In this document: in pieces, positions 26,150-40,397 of the stretch
Layout of the letters: each line of letters begins with the position of its first letter
Position numbering within the stretch: the stretch's first letter is position 1
Assembly (NCBI RefSeq): GCF_006345805.1
Contig: NC_042998.1
Location: 106,826,001 to 106,890,000 of the forward strand
Origin: Octopus sinensis
Lineage: Eukaryota
Length of the DNA: 64,000 bases
Direction of reading: 5' to 3'
The notes under the pieces: generated by a model
The model's database searches: none
What the model was told of the DNA's origin: nothing
What the model saw: only the letters and a program-made list of their open reading frames with translations
Program-made: the position numbers and the translations under genes

Positions 26150-26620
26150 AAGGTATTAGTAGGTAGGCCTACACCTGAGACAGAGGCAGGATGCTTATGT
26201 ATGGGTAATACAGCATGTTCACTGAACGGTCATTGTAATACGGAAACCATTGTACATGAGGCAGAGGTAACAGTAACGGACAACCAAACATGCGAAACTA
26301 TATGGGAGCAAGTAAAGGCTTCTTCAGAACTCGATATAATAACCACAATACCTCCTTCAACATCCCGGAAAGACGAAACATCTTACTCTGACCAAGCACG
26401 TATGGCCGTTGAAAGAAAGCGCCACGGAACACAGCATAAAGTGGAAGCTAGAGAAATGTAAAGCTTACTTCAATAGCATCAGGAAATGCAGACAATGCCT
26501 GATTGAGAGAAGAGCTATATTAAAGAAATCTCAGCACCTAGGCATCTATCTGAACAGCAGAAGTGAAATTTTGAATCCTTGCCCACTCGAAAGGAAATAC
26601 ATCCAATCATACCTGTGACT
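26150..26620 (+). mobile_element. Penelope-type GIY-YIG endonuclease fragment
   Basis: CSLNGHCNTETIVHEAEVT, YMGASKGFFRTRYNNHNTSF, HSIKWKL, CRQCLIER, LNSRSEILNPC; frameshifted. Confidence 0.8.
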
Positions 26621-27420
26621 ATAACCACCAGTCTCCCACCTTCGGCCCTCCCACCACCAATATCTGGGAATCCGGTAAAGAGTTTGACGAGAACATGCAC
26701 AAACGCACTCTCTCCATCTCTCTCTCACACACACATATATACACATGCACTAACACGGCGGACATCAACCCAGTAGACACTTTCCACCCCACCTCCCAAT
26801 ATAAATCCACACACATATTGTACCCCTAAAAACACTCCATACCTATATAAATGTTCCAAAGAATTTAACCAAAACATAAAAAACACAAACGAGCATGCAG
26901 ATGCTTATCAGGCCTTTGGACACCCGCACAACCCCCACCCCACCACCACCATGACAACGAGAAACGCTACACATATAGTATCACTGCACACATTTCAATT
27001 CTACAAGAACACTAACTCTAAAACATATATACATTTCCCATACATATTTCCCCAGGAAACTCTTGTCGTCTTGCCACATCCCCAAAGATGGTATTTTGGT
27101 GTCACGGGACATAACTCTTAATCTAACCCTTACTCAGTTCGTTTCGTCGTCATTTTCACAGCAACCACAAACCGGGTGTGTTTTTTCACATCCAACAAAG
27201 GAGAGTAGTCGCCATATTTCGTTATATAACTGCCATCTCTGAAGAGTGTAGGGTTACTTAATCGGACTATTACCTAACACACCGTTGAGCCCCGAGAGCG
27301 AAACCGATTGGTAAAATCGGTTGTAATGGCTATATAATACTGTACACTTCGATTAATATACCGACTCTACTGAGAAATACACGAGTGCATAGTTTTTCTG
27401 ACTTACGGGATTCTGAGACG

Positions 27421-27530
<110 letters not shown>

Positions 27531-27860
27531 CATGCATGTTTTATGTATGTATGCATGTATGTATGTATGTATGTATGTATGTATGTATGCATGTATGTAT
27601 GTATGTATGTATGTATGTTCACCGTTTGGTTTGTTTCAGTCAGATATCGTCACTTATTAATAAATAAATAAATAAGGCAGAGAGAAAAGAAACGAAAAAG
27701 GTAAAAAGAAATTGAATATGACATCGTGTTTTAGTTTTATCAGATAATTTCGTTTCAATTTTTTCCATGTGACAAACTTAATTGCATTCAACAGTTTATC
27801 TATTCGTCTATCTCTCTCGCCCTCTTTTCCCCTCACAAGGACTCACACAGACATTACGCG

Positions 27861-27891
<31 letters not shown>

Positions 27892-29654
27892 TCATACTCT
27901 CGCGTATTTACTCACATATTTAAGCACATGCATATAAACGCTTATAGACAAGAAAACATAACATTCACAACCATAAACAAAAACACACAAACACCTACAG
28001 GTAAATATGAATGTGTTTATGGGTGTATAAAATTTTAATTCCTGTCCATAAATCTGGAATTAAATATTCTTTCTTTCTTCTTTCCTTTTTCTTTCTTCCT
28101 TCTCTTTGTCTTTCTCTTCTAATACCATATTTCTCCTTACTTTTCTTTATAGTAATGTTTCTTTAATAACTCCCGCCTCCTCAACAACACTGACATAGTA
28201 CCAACGATGACATTAGCTAAACTTACATTATATCATACATATCAACAACCAGCGAGGGATCCTCCGTCCGTGCAACCACTTACCCTACTAGAAACAGCAG
28301 CCGAATCTCAAATTACACTTAAGGCAAAAAAGAAAAGGCCGTTTTGGACGGACTGGTCGAGTCTGAAACATCTTTGATCAATAGTCTGTTGAATCAGTGT
28401 AGACATGAAGGTAAACAACAGCAACAACAATAACAATAACAACGACTGCAAAATAACAACAACAACAACTTGATATCACATAAATACATTAAGAGTACTA
28501 AAATCAACTCTTGGATCCTGTGAAAATTCCTATTTTGTTCTATAAATTTGTAAAGCTTTATAGCATCATTTCATTAACCATTTGTCAGCCCAGTGTATCA
28601 CGTGATACACAGAACTATCTTCCGAGCGTTCATGCATCATATATAATACACATTCCTAGTTTTTTTTCAACTACCAGAGTAACTTGGGATAGATAAACGG
28701 AAAACTTTATAATAATTATAATGTATGAAACAAAAGCTAACTAAAAATCTTAAAATGAGAATGCTTTAACAAATCTTTATTTTAAAGATCTCGATTATGT
28801 ATTTGAGTTCGTACCATAGTTAATGCTCTTAAATGCGTAACACTCGAATTTCTTCCGTTATGTTAAAGATGTTTTCAGTTTCGTTTCATAGATAAAGCTA
28901 TTAAAAGCGCAACTCTCAAACACATATTAAAGATTGTCAGAAAGTTTAAAAGAATAACAACCCTCTCCCATTCACACACATACACACACATCCACGCACA
29001 CACGCACAATGATGAACAGTAATAGCTGCAGAAATCTTATCATCACCTGTCACAACTATAGAAGCACTAACATTATACTTCAAACGTTAGACAAGTACAG
29101 TAACGGTGTTACGAACAAAGAATATTAACAGCAGCCTTGACCAGAACTACAGCGGTGACTACAATTACAGCAACACCAATAATTACTGCAGAGCAGAGAT
29201 AACAATTACATAACACACACACATACACACACAACAAGATCTGCACTACCAAGAACAAGAGGTCCGTTAAGTGGTCATTTGACTTGCTAGAAACAATAGC
29301 CAAATATCTCTCCCTCTCTCCCCCTACCTACCTACCTACCTACCTACTTACCGTCTACACAATCTATTATGTCGTCCCAAGATACACTGTGAATAAATGA
29401 CGATGATGAGTACAACTGGTGCATCCTTGATCATCGGTTCATCATAGGTTCGCTCGCTGTGGACTAACCAAGGGTTAAATAGTAACAAAAACATCTATAG
29501 AAGAGTACTTGAACAAGAATTGTCTCAAGAAAACATTCTTGTTCATCCAGCTGTACAACACTTTACGTCAGCCAAAGTAGTTCCATGTAATTAAGAGGAG
29601 GTGTATCAAAAGAAACAAAATGGCGGATCAAACTAATTTGGCCTTACATCTCAG

Positions 29655-29719
29655 GAAGGATGTTCGTTTATGCCATGCTTTGTTCATTGGAATTACTTCT
29701 TCTTTGGCAGCGTTCTTCG
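29655..29719 (+). CDS. Host gene exon (first located): multi-pass membrane protein, KDVRLCHALFIGITSSLAAFF(G)
   Basis: ctaat..ccttacatctcag acceptor, or in-frame aaaATGGCG at 29620; donor cg|gtaagt; phase 1 joins 42712. Confidence 0.7.
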
Positions 29720-29786
29720 GTAAGTGCACCGTTCAACAGACCATTACTTATTATTGCAGATATTATGGTTGTTATTGTCACTATAG

Positions 29787-29891
29787 TTCTTCTTCTTCTT
29801 CTTCTTCTTCTTCTTCTTCTTCTTCTTCTTCTTCTTCTTCTTCTTCTTCTTCTTCTTCTTCTTCTTCTTCTTCTTCTTCTTCTTCTTCTTC

Positions 29892-29946
<55 letters not shown>
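29787..29946. repeat. (TCT)n(TCA)n microsatellite
   Basis: Directly visible; source of the poly-S/L/K/M ORFs. Confidence 0.95.
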
Positions 29947-30525
29947 CTGTCATCTTCATTTATTTATTGTAAATTTATCGCCCGCTTCCACCGAAAACCT
30001 GCTAGCCAACATTGGATAAACATTGTCTTTCGTTCTGAAGACATTTTCTTTTTCCATTATATTTGCTTGTTTGTATATGTAGGTGTTGTTGTTGTTGTTG
30101 TTGTTGTTGTTCTCTAACCCCAGGTTAGTCCTGATCGAGCAGACCTGTGTCCAAAGGCACTCCTGCAGTGATCGTCTTATATTTTCTTTTTCTAATCGCA
30201 AGATACTTATATTACCTAATGTCTATTTCCTTTTTAAGACAGTACAAACAATATATATCACTGCTATTGCTAGTAGATCAATTGATCACATAAGAGCTTT
30301 CTCGTTGACTCCTATGTGTTTGGTCTAAAGGTGAAGTAACTCTTCCACTTCCTAATGAATTACTGTACTTATCAAAGATTTATGTTAAATGCATCAATCT
30401 ATATTTAAATCAATTGAACAAAACAATCAAACCATCCACTTATTCATGTATTTATCTATAAACGTTATTTATAACTTCCCAAATCTCATATTCTCGCAAT
30501 ATTACTTAGAGTATGGGGCAGAATT

Positions 30526-30749
30526 TTTTGAATAGCTGTCCCCAGAAATTCTCTACCTCACCGGAATGAAAAGAATGCGGAAGAAGGGTGCGTGGGCAAG
30601 TGGAAAAGTGAAATTTTTTGAAAAAAAATCCCAAAAGAAACAATTAGAAATTCAGTTTCGTAATTTCAGCTGTATAAAATGGAAATGAGTTAAAATCACT
30701 CTTTTTCTCTTCGTGAAGTATACGACTTCGGGGGACAGCTATTTCAAAA
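30526..30749. mobile_element. Putative MITE
   Basis: ttttgaatagctgtcccc and ggggacagctatttcaaaa form an 18/19-bp inverted repeat ~225 bp apart. Confidence 0.55.
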
Positions 30750-30932
30750 CTCTTCCGTGTCTTTTGATCAACGTAAATGGAATTCAGAATATTAAAGCGA
30801 GATTACATATTTTATTTCTATATTTATCAACAAATAGAATATACACTAATCTGTATATTCAGGATAATAATGGATGATAAAGTGAGATTAAATACTCTAT
30901 TTCTACATTCACCATCAAAAAATATAATATAC

Positions 30933-31341
30933 AGGCGCAGGAGTGGCTGTGTGGTAAGTAGCTTGTTTACCAGCCACATGGTTCCGGGTCCAGTCCCACT
31001 GCGTGGAACCTTGGGCAAGTGTCTTCTACTATAGCCTCAGGCCGACCAAAGCCTTGTGAGTGGATTTGGTAGACGGAAACTGAAAGAAGCCCGTCGTATA
31101 TGTGTATATATATATATGCGTGTGTGTGTCTGTGTGTCTGTGTTTGTCTCCCTAGCATTGCTTGACAACCGATGCTGGTGTGTTTATGTCCCCGTTACTT
31201 AGCGGTTCGGCAAAAGAGAACGATAGAATAAGTACTGGGCTTACAAAAGAATAAGTCTCGGGGTCGAGTTGCTCGATTAAAGGCGGTGCTCCAGCATGGC
31301 CGCAGTCAAATGACTGAAACAAGTAAAAGAGTAAAAGAGTA
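30933..31341 (+). mobile_element. Full-length tRNA-derived SINE family B
   Basis: Head aggcgcaggagtggctgtgtggtaag...ccagtcccact, internal (TA)(TG) tract, tail (agtaaaag)n. Confidence 0.9.
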
Positions 31342-31344
31342 TGT

Positions 31345-32420
31345 AGCTGTTATTCTTTCTTTCAGTTCCTCTATTACAATATTGTAACCTTTCTTTCTTA
31401 TTTTATATCTCACTTTCAGCTCTTTGACAACGTCATCATTTTTCAACTGTTCGTCTTTCATCCGTTTAATCCTACTCGGGTCTTTTCTTGCATTACTAAC
31501 TTGGGACTTAATTCTTCTTTTCCGCTATGATCTTGCCCTATTACTCTGTTGTTTTTTCTTTATTCCTAGCAGCCTGATCACCACGTTGCCAGCAACTTTC
31601 ACGATATTTGTCACTTGTCCTAGGGTTTCAGATTTGACATATTTTAGTATTTTGTCTACTCTCTCTGCTTATAATTTCAATCTGTTACTATCAACATTGC
31701 TTAAGTTAGGGGCACAAGATAAAGGGACATTCTCAGGTTCTTCTTTTATCATGAACAAGATATCTCTGTCTTCAGTTTCCGGATCTTCCTCATTCTTCTT
31801 AAAGAATATCGATTTATTACTTTCATTCTATTTGACGGTACCGACGTCTGCCAAAACCTCTACATCATCTCCTTCACCTTCAGTGATATCGGAACCTGTT
31901 CCACCCGTTACTTGATCTATGTTCCGTTTTATCTCTTCCGTGTTAATCTCAGATAACCATCCATTGATCTAATCACCCTGCAAGCTTTCACTCACTTATT
32001 TCAAAAAGCCTTATCTCATTCCAGATGTTGAGTATTCTCTTCCTGTAATTTCTCTTCGCTGGATCGCTTTTTAGATAATATTTCATTCAAGCTTATTCAT
32101 TCCTTTCGTCCATTTAGTCTTTATTCCGTCTTTTCCTTGACGAGGATTTCGCGTAGTAACGACTTGGGAAGCCCTGTCCCTTTCCTTTCCGAGCGCAACA
32201 CCTTCACGTTGAGTTCCGGTCACGCGTTTACCGTTATTTCTATCTTCGATATTTGACATTTTCACTCCATTGAGTATTAGTTTGTGTAAGGTTTTCCGTC
32301 TTTGGTATTTTTATTCTGACGCCATCAGTAGGACGGTTGCCAACCAATGCTGAAAACCCTTTCCTGGTTATAAGACGATTGCCTATCTCCCGCCGGATAC
32401 TAACCCGGTATTTCAAAACC
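31345..32420 (-). mobile_element. R4/Dong-clade non-LTR retrotransposon, N-terminal ORF region, decayed
   Basis: WTKGMNK..YLKSDPAKRNYRKRILNIWNE..WLSEINTEEIKR; RKRRIKSQV..RKDPSRI; YKIRKKGYNIVIEELKERI. Recognised from family memory. Confidence 0.7.
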
Positions 32421-32431
32421 ACGGAAAAAAT

Positions 32432-32452
32432 TTATTATTATTATTATTATTA

Positions 32453-32528
<76 letters not shown>

Positions 32529-32541
32529 CATTATTATTATT
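32432..32541. repeat. (TAT)n microsatellite
   Basis: Directly visible. Confidence 0.95.
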
Positions 32542-33094
32542 GAGTGAGAGAGCAGTGCATTCCATTAAAGTGACATAGGGGTACAAACATACGAAGCTCA
32601 GACACATGCATCACAACCATATGTGCATGACACGGTGACCTCATATCGAGATAAACAGTGCATGACCTTGCAGGTAGAGCTCAGTTATAATTTTCATCAA
32701 GTAGCCCATCCCACTCAAAAGGTCCCTGAATAAGGATTGTTTAAGGATGTTGAACGAACACCCACGTTTCCAGAGATTAATTATTTAAACCTCAAAGAAT
32801 TCCTCTTAATACATGGCTATGATGTTCCCCTACTACTTCTGCTCATGATCAGAGATGCACATATCGTCAGCCCCTAAGAGACATCCTTAACTGGTTACGG
32901 TCAAACAACTGAGAAGCAAATCTGTAGTATTGAGCAGAATATTTGCTGTCGCCCATCTTTTATACCAAGACAAAACAATGTACATGATAACACTTCCAAT
33001 CAGTTAAGATCAGAAGCCACGAGAGTCAGGGCATCATTATTAATAGTATTATATGTTTGACTTTTGCTTTGTACAAGTTGACTCCAAGTCTCGC

Positions 33095-33420
33095 TCCATT
33101 ATTGTTGTTGTTCTTCTTGTTGCCTTTGCACAGCTTCTAACGCTGGAGATGTACTACAGTGTCAGCTGTTCACTACCAGTGAACTAAGGTAACACCTCTT
33201 ATTTTTCGAGTACCTTCCAGAGTATTCGAGCGGTTCCAAGCAGTGTTGTTTTCTGCAAGTGCTCCACCCTTATTGCAGCCCCTATTTGTTCCACGTACTT
33301 CTCGAGATTTTTGCTCACTGTTCCCAGGGCTCCGACAAATATATTGGTACTATTGCTACCTTTTTCACCGACCACAACTGCTTAACTTCCCAAGCTAACC
33401 TGTCATATCTCTCGACTTCA
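33095..33420 (-). mobile_element. R4/Dong-type 3' end (RLE C-terminus and 3' UTR) of a second family
   Basis: VERYDRLAWEVKQLW..VP..VGALGTVSKNLEKY..LQKTTLLGTARILWKVLEK*; flanked by (TTA)n and (TTG)n tracts. Confidence 0.75.
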
Positions 33421-33444
33421 TTATTATTATTATTATTATTATTA

Positions 33445-33483
<39 letters not shown>

Positions 33484-33501
33484 CATCATCATGAAATAAA
33501 T

Positions 33502-33690
33502 AGGCGAGCCGGCAAAATCGTTAGCACGCTGGACGAAATGCTTAGTGGTATTTCGCCAGTCACTACGTTCTGAGTTCAAATTCCGCTGAGGTTGACTTTG
33601 CTTTCATCCTTTCGAGGTCGATAAATTAAGTAATCGACTAGTCCCTTCCCCCAAAATCGCATGCGTTGTGCTCCTAGTAGAAAGGATTAT
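33502..33690 (+). mobile_element. SINE family A
   Basis: Family A core with a short internal deletion. Confidence 0.8.
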
Positions 33691-33699
33691 TAATATTAA

Positions 33700-34747
<1,048 letters not shown>

Positions 34748-35315
34748 GAATGTCAAAAACCGTTGAACTTAGAACGAAATGCACTTTTAGTGCTTAATTA
34801 TTATTTCTGTTCTGAATTTAATTTCACTGAAGCTTGAATGTCTCTTTCAATCCTTTAGCTACGGTCAACCAAATATGTACCAGTTAAGCACTAGAGTCAA
34901 TTTAATAAACTGACCTCTCCACTCCCAAATTGCATGGCCTTGTTCCTAATTATTACTATAATCATTATAGACTCCAATGATAAGATATTGGGGGCATTGC
35001 AACCAGTCTATATAATATCTCACTGCGATGGATAAATTACATAGTATCATACACGACAGAGATAAATGAAAAGCTTCTTAGTAATTAGTTTCAAACTTGT
35101 CAGAGATGTCTGATAGTAATTGCAAAGTTAGAAAGTATATTTACCGAGGTTTAATCAACTTCTTGTTTTTTCTTTAGTTTCATATATCTTTCTTTCTCTT
35201 GCCACCACTCTTGCAACCGTCCACTATATCTCGCTCAATCTCTCTCTTTTTGTTTCTTTCCCTCTCTTCCTCCGTCTTTTTCTCCCTCTCTCCGTCTATA
35301 TATATATATGTGCGC

Positions 35316-35350
<35 letters not shown>

Positions 35351-35544
35351 TATGTGCGTGTGATAAATGGTTAAACTTGAAACACACACGTTTTTATCGT
35401 GACAGTTATTTATTCAAAGTGCTATACAACATATATGCGTGTATGTATGTATATATATATGTACGTAAGTATGTATGTATGCTGAAAATATATACAAATG
35501 TGTGTATGTCTCTCTCTCTCTATATATATACATATAGAGAGAGA

Positions 35545-35621
<77 letters not shown>

Positions 35622-35830
35622 GAGGCGCAATGGCCCAGTGGTTAGGGCAGCGAACTCGCGGTCGTAGTATCTCGGTTTCGAGTGTTTATTGAGTGAAAAC
35701 ATCTAAAGCTCCACGAGGCTCCGGCAGGGAGGTGGAGGGCAATCCCTGCTGTACTCTTTCGCCACAACTTTCACTCCTTCTTCTGTTGACCTGCTCGCAT
35801 AGCCAGCGACGAGGTGGCGTCATTTGAAGG
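35622..35830 (+). mobile_element. tRNA-derived SINE family D, deleted copy
   Basis: ggaggcgcaatggcccagtggttagg head; body shared with 25455-25725. Confidence 0.7.
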
Positions 35831-35845
35831 CTAAAACGGTGATAT

Positions 35846-35882
<37 letters not shown>

Positions 35883-35883
35883 T

Positions 35884-35991
<108 letters not shown>

Positions 35992-36680
35992 TGCATACAT
36001 ACGTGTGTGTGTGTATGTGCCTTTGAGGTAAATGGCCGAAAGAGACAGAGTGTGCGTCAATAAATGGATATATCTCTATGTGTGCGTGCCCAATGAGCGC
36101 GTACGTATATGCATTTACATGTGTACGTGTATGAGTATGTATTTATGTGAGTACGCGTGTGTTCGCATGTGTGTAAGTGTACGTGACTATGGGTGTATAT
36201 GATCATAAATGTAGAATGATAGACGAACAAAGATATGTACGTATGTAGAAATCTGCAAAGATAGATAGATAGACACAGAGAAATACAGAGGTAAGATTTA
36301 AAGGTAGGTGTGTAGATACATGATTTGATAAAAATGGGAGATTAAAATAAATAGATTCAAGACAAAGAGACACTTGGATAAGTATATCATATATGTGAGC
36401 ACACACATGATTTGAAGCATTGAAAGTCATTACAGGAAATTAATTCATTCTGTTATTGACATACTACATATGGTTTATGTCTACATATGAGTGCATATGT
36501 GTATATGAGTGAAAGAGTGTGTGCACAAGCGTATATGTATTTATGTACGTATGTCTCAGTGTGTACTGACATACCTATATTTATGCATACATAGTAATAT
36601 ATGTGTGTGTTCTTAATTATATAAAAATAACGAAACTGAATTGAACAAAGCACACCATACAAGCTGCGAGGACAAATATA

Positions 36681-36937
36681 TTGGGTTGGTGCATAATTAT
36701 TGTGGCTTTTTTCAACAAATTTTATTCAACAAAAACAATAACAACATGTAACAAAAACATATTTAAATGATTATTCCGGAGCATATTCACCATCTACTTC
36801 AATTACTGCTTCCCATTTGCTTGGCAGACGGTCAGACCGTCATTTAAATATGTTTTTGTTAGTTAAATATTGTTATTGTTTTTATTGAATAAAATTTGTT
36901 GAAAAAAAAAAGCCGCAATAATTATGCACCAACCCAA
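36681..36937. mobile_element. 257-bp mariner-derived fold-back MITE
   Basis: ~70-bp imperfect TIRs starting ttgggttggtgcataattatt; minus 36771-36827 encodes the transposase C-terminus LPSKWEAVIEVDGEYAPE*. Confidence 0.85.
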
Positions 36938-37177
36938 TTATATGATAATTCGAAGCTTCGCCAAACTGTTTAGAATCTACCTCTGGCGAACGTTAGGAAT
37001 AACTGTAAAATATTTTATTTGAAATATTTAAATATATACAGTTATTTGTAACATGATGCAATAATGTCTTCATTGATAATCTGTTGTGGTTGTGCATCTA
37101 AGTGCACTTGGGACACCTATTGTAGAGCTCGAAACTACAGTTTTTATATATATATGTAATAGACAAAACATTAAATA

Positions 37178-37765
37178 TGAATTACTATAAGTTTCATACT
37201 CGGATAGTACAGTACCCGAACAAAATTGTATACCGCGCCGTGTACTATCCTGCAATTTTTCAGGCTCAGAAAATTTGATTGCTCTCTGACAAAAATCGAG
37301 AGAGAACGTAGGGAAAGAAACGAGGAAAGCTTGGAGGTAACGAAGTTATGAGTTGGGATCCTTTAATCCGTCAGGAACAGATTCAACAACGGTTAATGGG
37401 GTTTATCCGACGAAGAAAGGCTAAGTTTGTAAGATTGTATGCCTTATCTAGAGATGGTGGTATCCTCCAGTTGACTAGTAGAAACTTGTCTAGATGCTTG
37501 CATTTTGGGAAAACCTCCGATCTCGAGCTCAGTAAATCGGATGAGTTCTTTATATCTAAAAAGAGTATGAAATCTTTCGCCTAATCAAAGGCTGCACCTC
37601 CTTGAACCTTTAATGTATGGTCAAGCATCCACGATGCTCCACTTGATGGAGTGGTAGGTAATTTTGGCTTTCAGGTCCAAGATATGACTAGCTAGCTTAC
37701 TAGTTTTCTTCTTGTCTACGTGTCGGAAAGATGAGTGGTGGTTGGCGTAGCTTATCTTTTTTTAA
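37178..37765 (-). mobile_element. Penelope-type endonuclease 3' fragment with downstream HHR-like motif
   Basis: YANHHSSFRH..SIKWSIV..PYIKGSRRC, LLSSRSEVFPKCKHLDKFLL; motif CUGAAAA...GAAACUUAUAGUA at 37178-37268. Confidence 0.7.
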
Positions 37766-37814
37766 AGCCACACGCACACACACACACATACACACACACA
37801 CACACATATATATA

Positions 37815-39623
37815 TCTATATATATAAAGATGAGAATGTGTGTTTGTCTGTGTCTCTGTGTGAATTCCTAAAACTTGAGAACTACACAACCAATTTATTC
37901 AAATTTTGTACATGCCTTACTTAGGGTCCATGTAGTGTCATGGGCAAAAAATCTTTTAACTTCTTGTCTAGGGCGAGCCCACAGCAATATCATATCTTCT
38001 CCACTATTTCAGTATTACGTATCAAAAGTGAAACAAAAACATGTCTCTGCTGTACTGTCAGGAGCTTTCACTGTAATAGTTTCAACTTGATATTGAAACT
38101 ATTAAAGTCAAACTATTATCTCACATATATACATGCATGCATACATACATCATACATAATACATAATACATACATACATACATACATACATACATACATA
38201 CATACATACATACATAATACATATATTATGATATATATATAGATATATATATATATATAATTTAATATATTAGAAGAAATGAAGTACTCAGAAATGTGGA
38301 TGGTTTTATATTTACAGATATTTATTAGTATGTTATATGTTTTTATAAATAATATATCATATATTAGCGCTTTCGTCCACTCTAGTGAAGTTGTCAAATT
38401 GAACTTTTGCAGGAATTTTGTATCTTTTTACAGTATTATTGAGCGTGTAGGGATGGGGAAAGATATAAGATAGTACAAGAGGGTGAGGAATGGGGAGAAA
38501 GTGAGAGAGAGAGTGTATGTGTGTGTGTGTGTGTTTTTGTATCTGAAAGGGTGTTAAAGAAAAAGAGAAAGAAAGGAAGAAGAAGGAGAGAAAGAAGGAA
38601 AAAATTGTTGATATCTTTGCAGCTGGTCAATCTTTCAATATTAAATGATTCTTGGCTTTTAGAAATGGCAAACACAGCTGGTCACTCCAAAGGGGGCAAA
38701 ATGTCACTTTTCAAGAATTGTCTACAATTTGGTGCATAAATTGTCAAGTAAATGAGAGGCATCTTTGCCTCCACTAATTAAGTTGCAAAGTGTTGAGTAA
38801 AGTTATTTGGTTGCAGACCTCCTTTGAGTCTTTTTATCATCACTGGGTCACACATAGTCCCCAGATGGTAACATTCATTTCAAGGCCTTCCCAGATGAGT
38901 GACTGGTTATTCAAAAACATTTATAGATTGTAAATTTATTCTGCCCAGTTACGTATCAGCATAGTGATCATTGGCAAACTCCAAACGTGACACTTTCATT
39001 TCTCTTTGGCCTTCACGTCACACAGTTGTTAGTGTTTTTTTCAGTTGGGTCATGCTCTAACAATTGCTATAGATCCATAATGCATCTTACGGCAGTGCCT
39101 GTCACCTGTATGGTGAAGAATCCTACATTGGGAGAGGTAATGACTTGGGTACGGTAGCTGACTGCTTATTATGATCATTTCCTGTAGCTTTGCTCTCTTT
39201 TACAAACCCAGTGAACATACATATATTTCCTATTTCAAAGAAATTCAAACAATAGATATAAGACCCAAGTTAAAAACATTCTCAAGAATTCAACTTTTCT
39301 GGTTGACATTAAGACTCCCACCCCCAATAGGGGCCTTAACTTACACATTTTAGAGTTCCATGACCTCCATTTTTCAGGAGCAAAATCTTTTTAACAGGTT
39401 CTATAAGACTGGAATTTTGGAATCTGCGCATAAAAATCAGTAGTATGGAATACATGTGTCATGATTACAATTTTTTTAGGGTGTGTAAAGAGGGAAAGAA
39501 CCCTCATCTGCAATTTTGATGAAATTCGAATCATAGGTATTCCAGTTCATTACAGAAAATATAACAGGAAAGTCTAATTCTTCAGCTGCATGTAACGCGG
39601 GCAATGCCGGGTATCTCTGCTAG
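37815..39623 (+). mobile_element. Putative non-autonomous Helitron (A|TC...CTAG|T)
   Basis: 5' tctatatatataaagatgagaatgtg..ctaaaacttgagaactacacaaccaatt; 3' imperfect hairpin cgggcaatgccggg followed by CTAG|T. Pairing of the two ends is inferred. Confidence 0.5.
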
Positions 39624-39655
<32 letters not shown>

Positions 39656-39687
39656 TGTATGTATGTATGTATGTATGTATGTATATG

Positions 39688-39734
<47 letters not shown>

Positions 39735-40020
39735 TTATCTATCTATCTATCTTATTTTGTCTTCCGAAGGTGCTGTATCTGCAATATTGATTGCACAGTT
39801 GTCTTATTATCGAAAGGAACCGGAAATTGGAGCCCACTGGGTAGCAGGCCTTTTAGTACGTAATGTTAATATTTTTTCTTAATTCTTTCTCTATGGCAAT
39901 GATGAAATATTACTTCATTTCGATTAGGTAATCAAAATGAGTAGACACATACATGTGTGCATGTGTGTGTCTATGCTTGTGCGTTTATGTAGTCATATTA
40001 TACACACACACATGCGCGCA

Positions 40021-40052
<32 letters not shown>

Positions 40053-40397
40053 ACAGACAATCATATATATGAGGCTGAATGTGAGCTAAATTAGCTGGAA
40101 AATACAAATGGAAATTAGCTGGAATTACGTATTATAGAACTATTTGGGAAAATATCGTTTATAATAAATATTAAAAGTCAAACGGTGAAATTTTCAAATG
40201 AATATAACTATACTCTCCAAAATATGTGCAGTGTACTTTTTCTCTTGTTAGTTAAGGCAATGTGTACGTACAGACATATACGTACACTGATACATACATA
40301 CGTACGTACGTACGTACATACATACATACATACATACATACATACATACATACATACATACATACATACATACATACATACATACATACATACATAC

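Noticed and set aside
31424-31915. 163-aa hydrophobic ORF on the plus strand
   Set aside because: It is the antisense frame of the K/E-rich R4/Dong fragment.
32541-33035. Segment after (TAT)n that looks like a LINE 3' UTR-type interspersed repeat
   Set aside because: Only one copy in the window and no coding motif, so it cannot be supported from the sequence alone.
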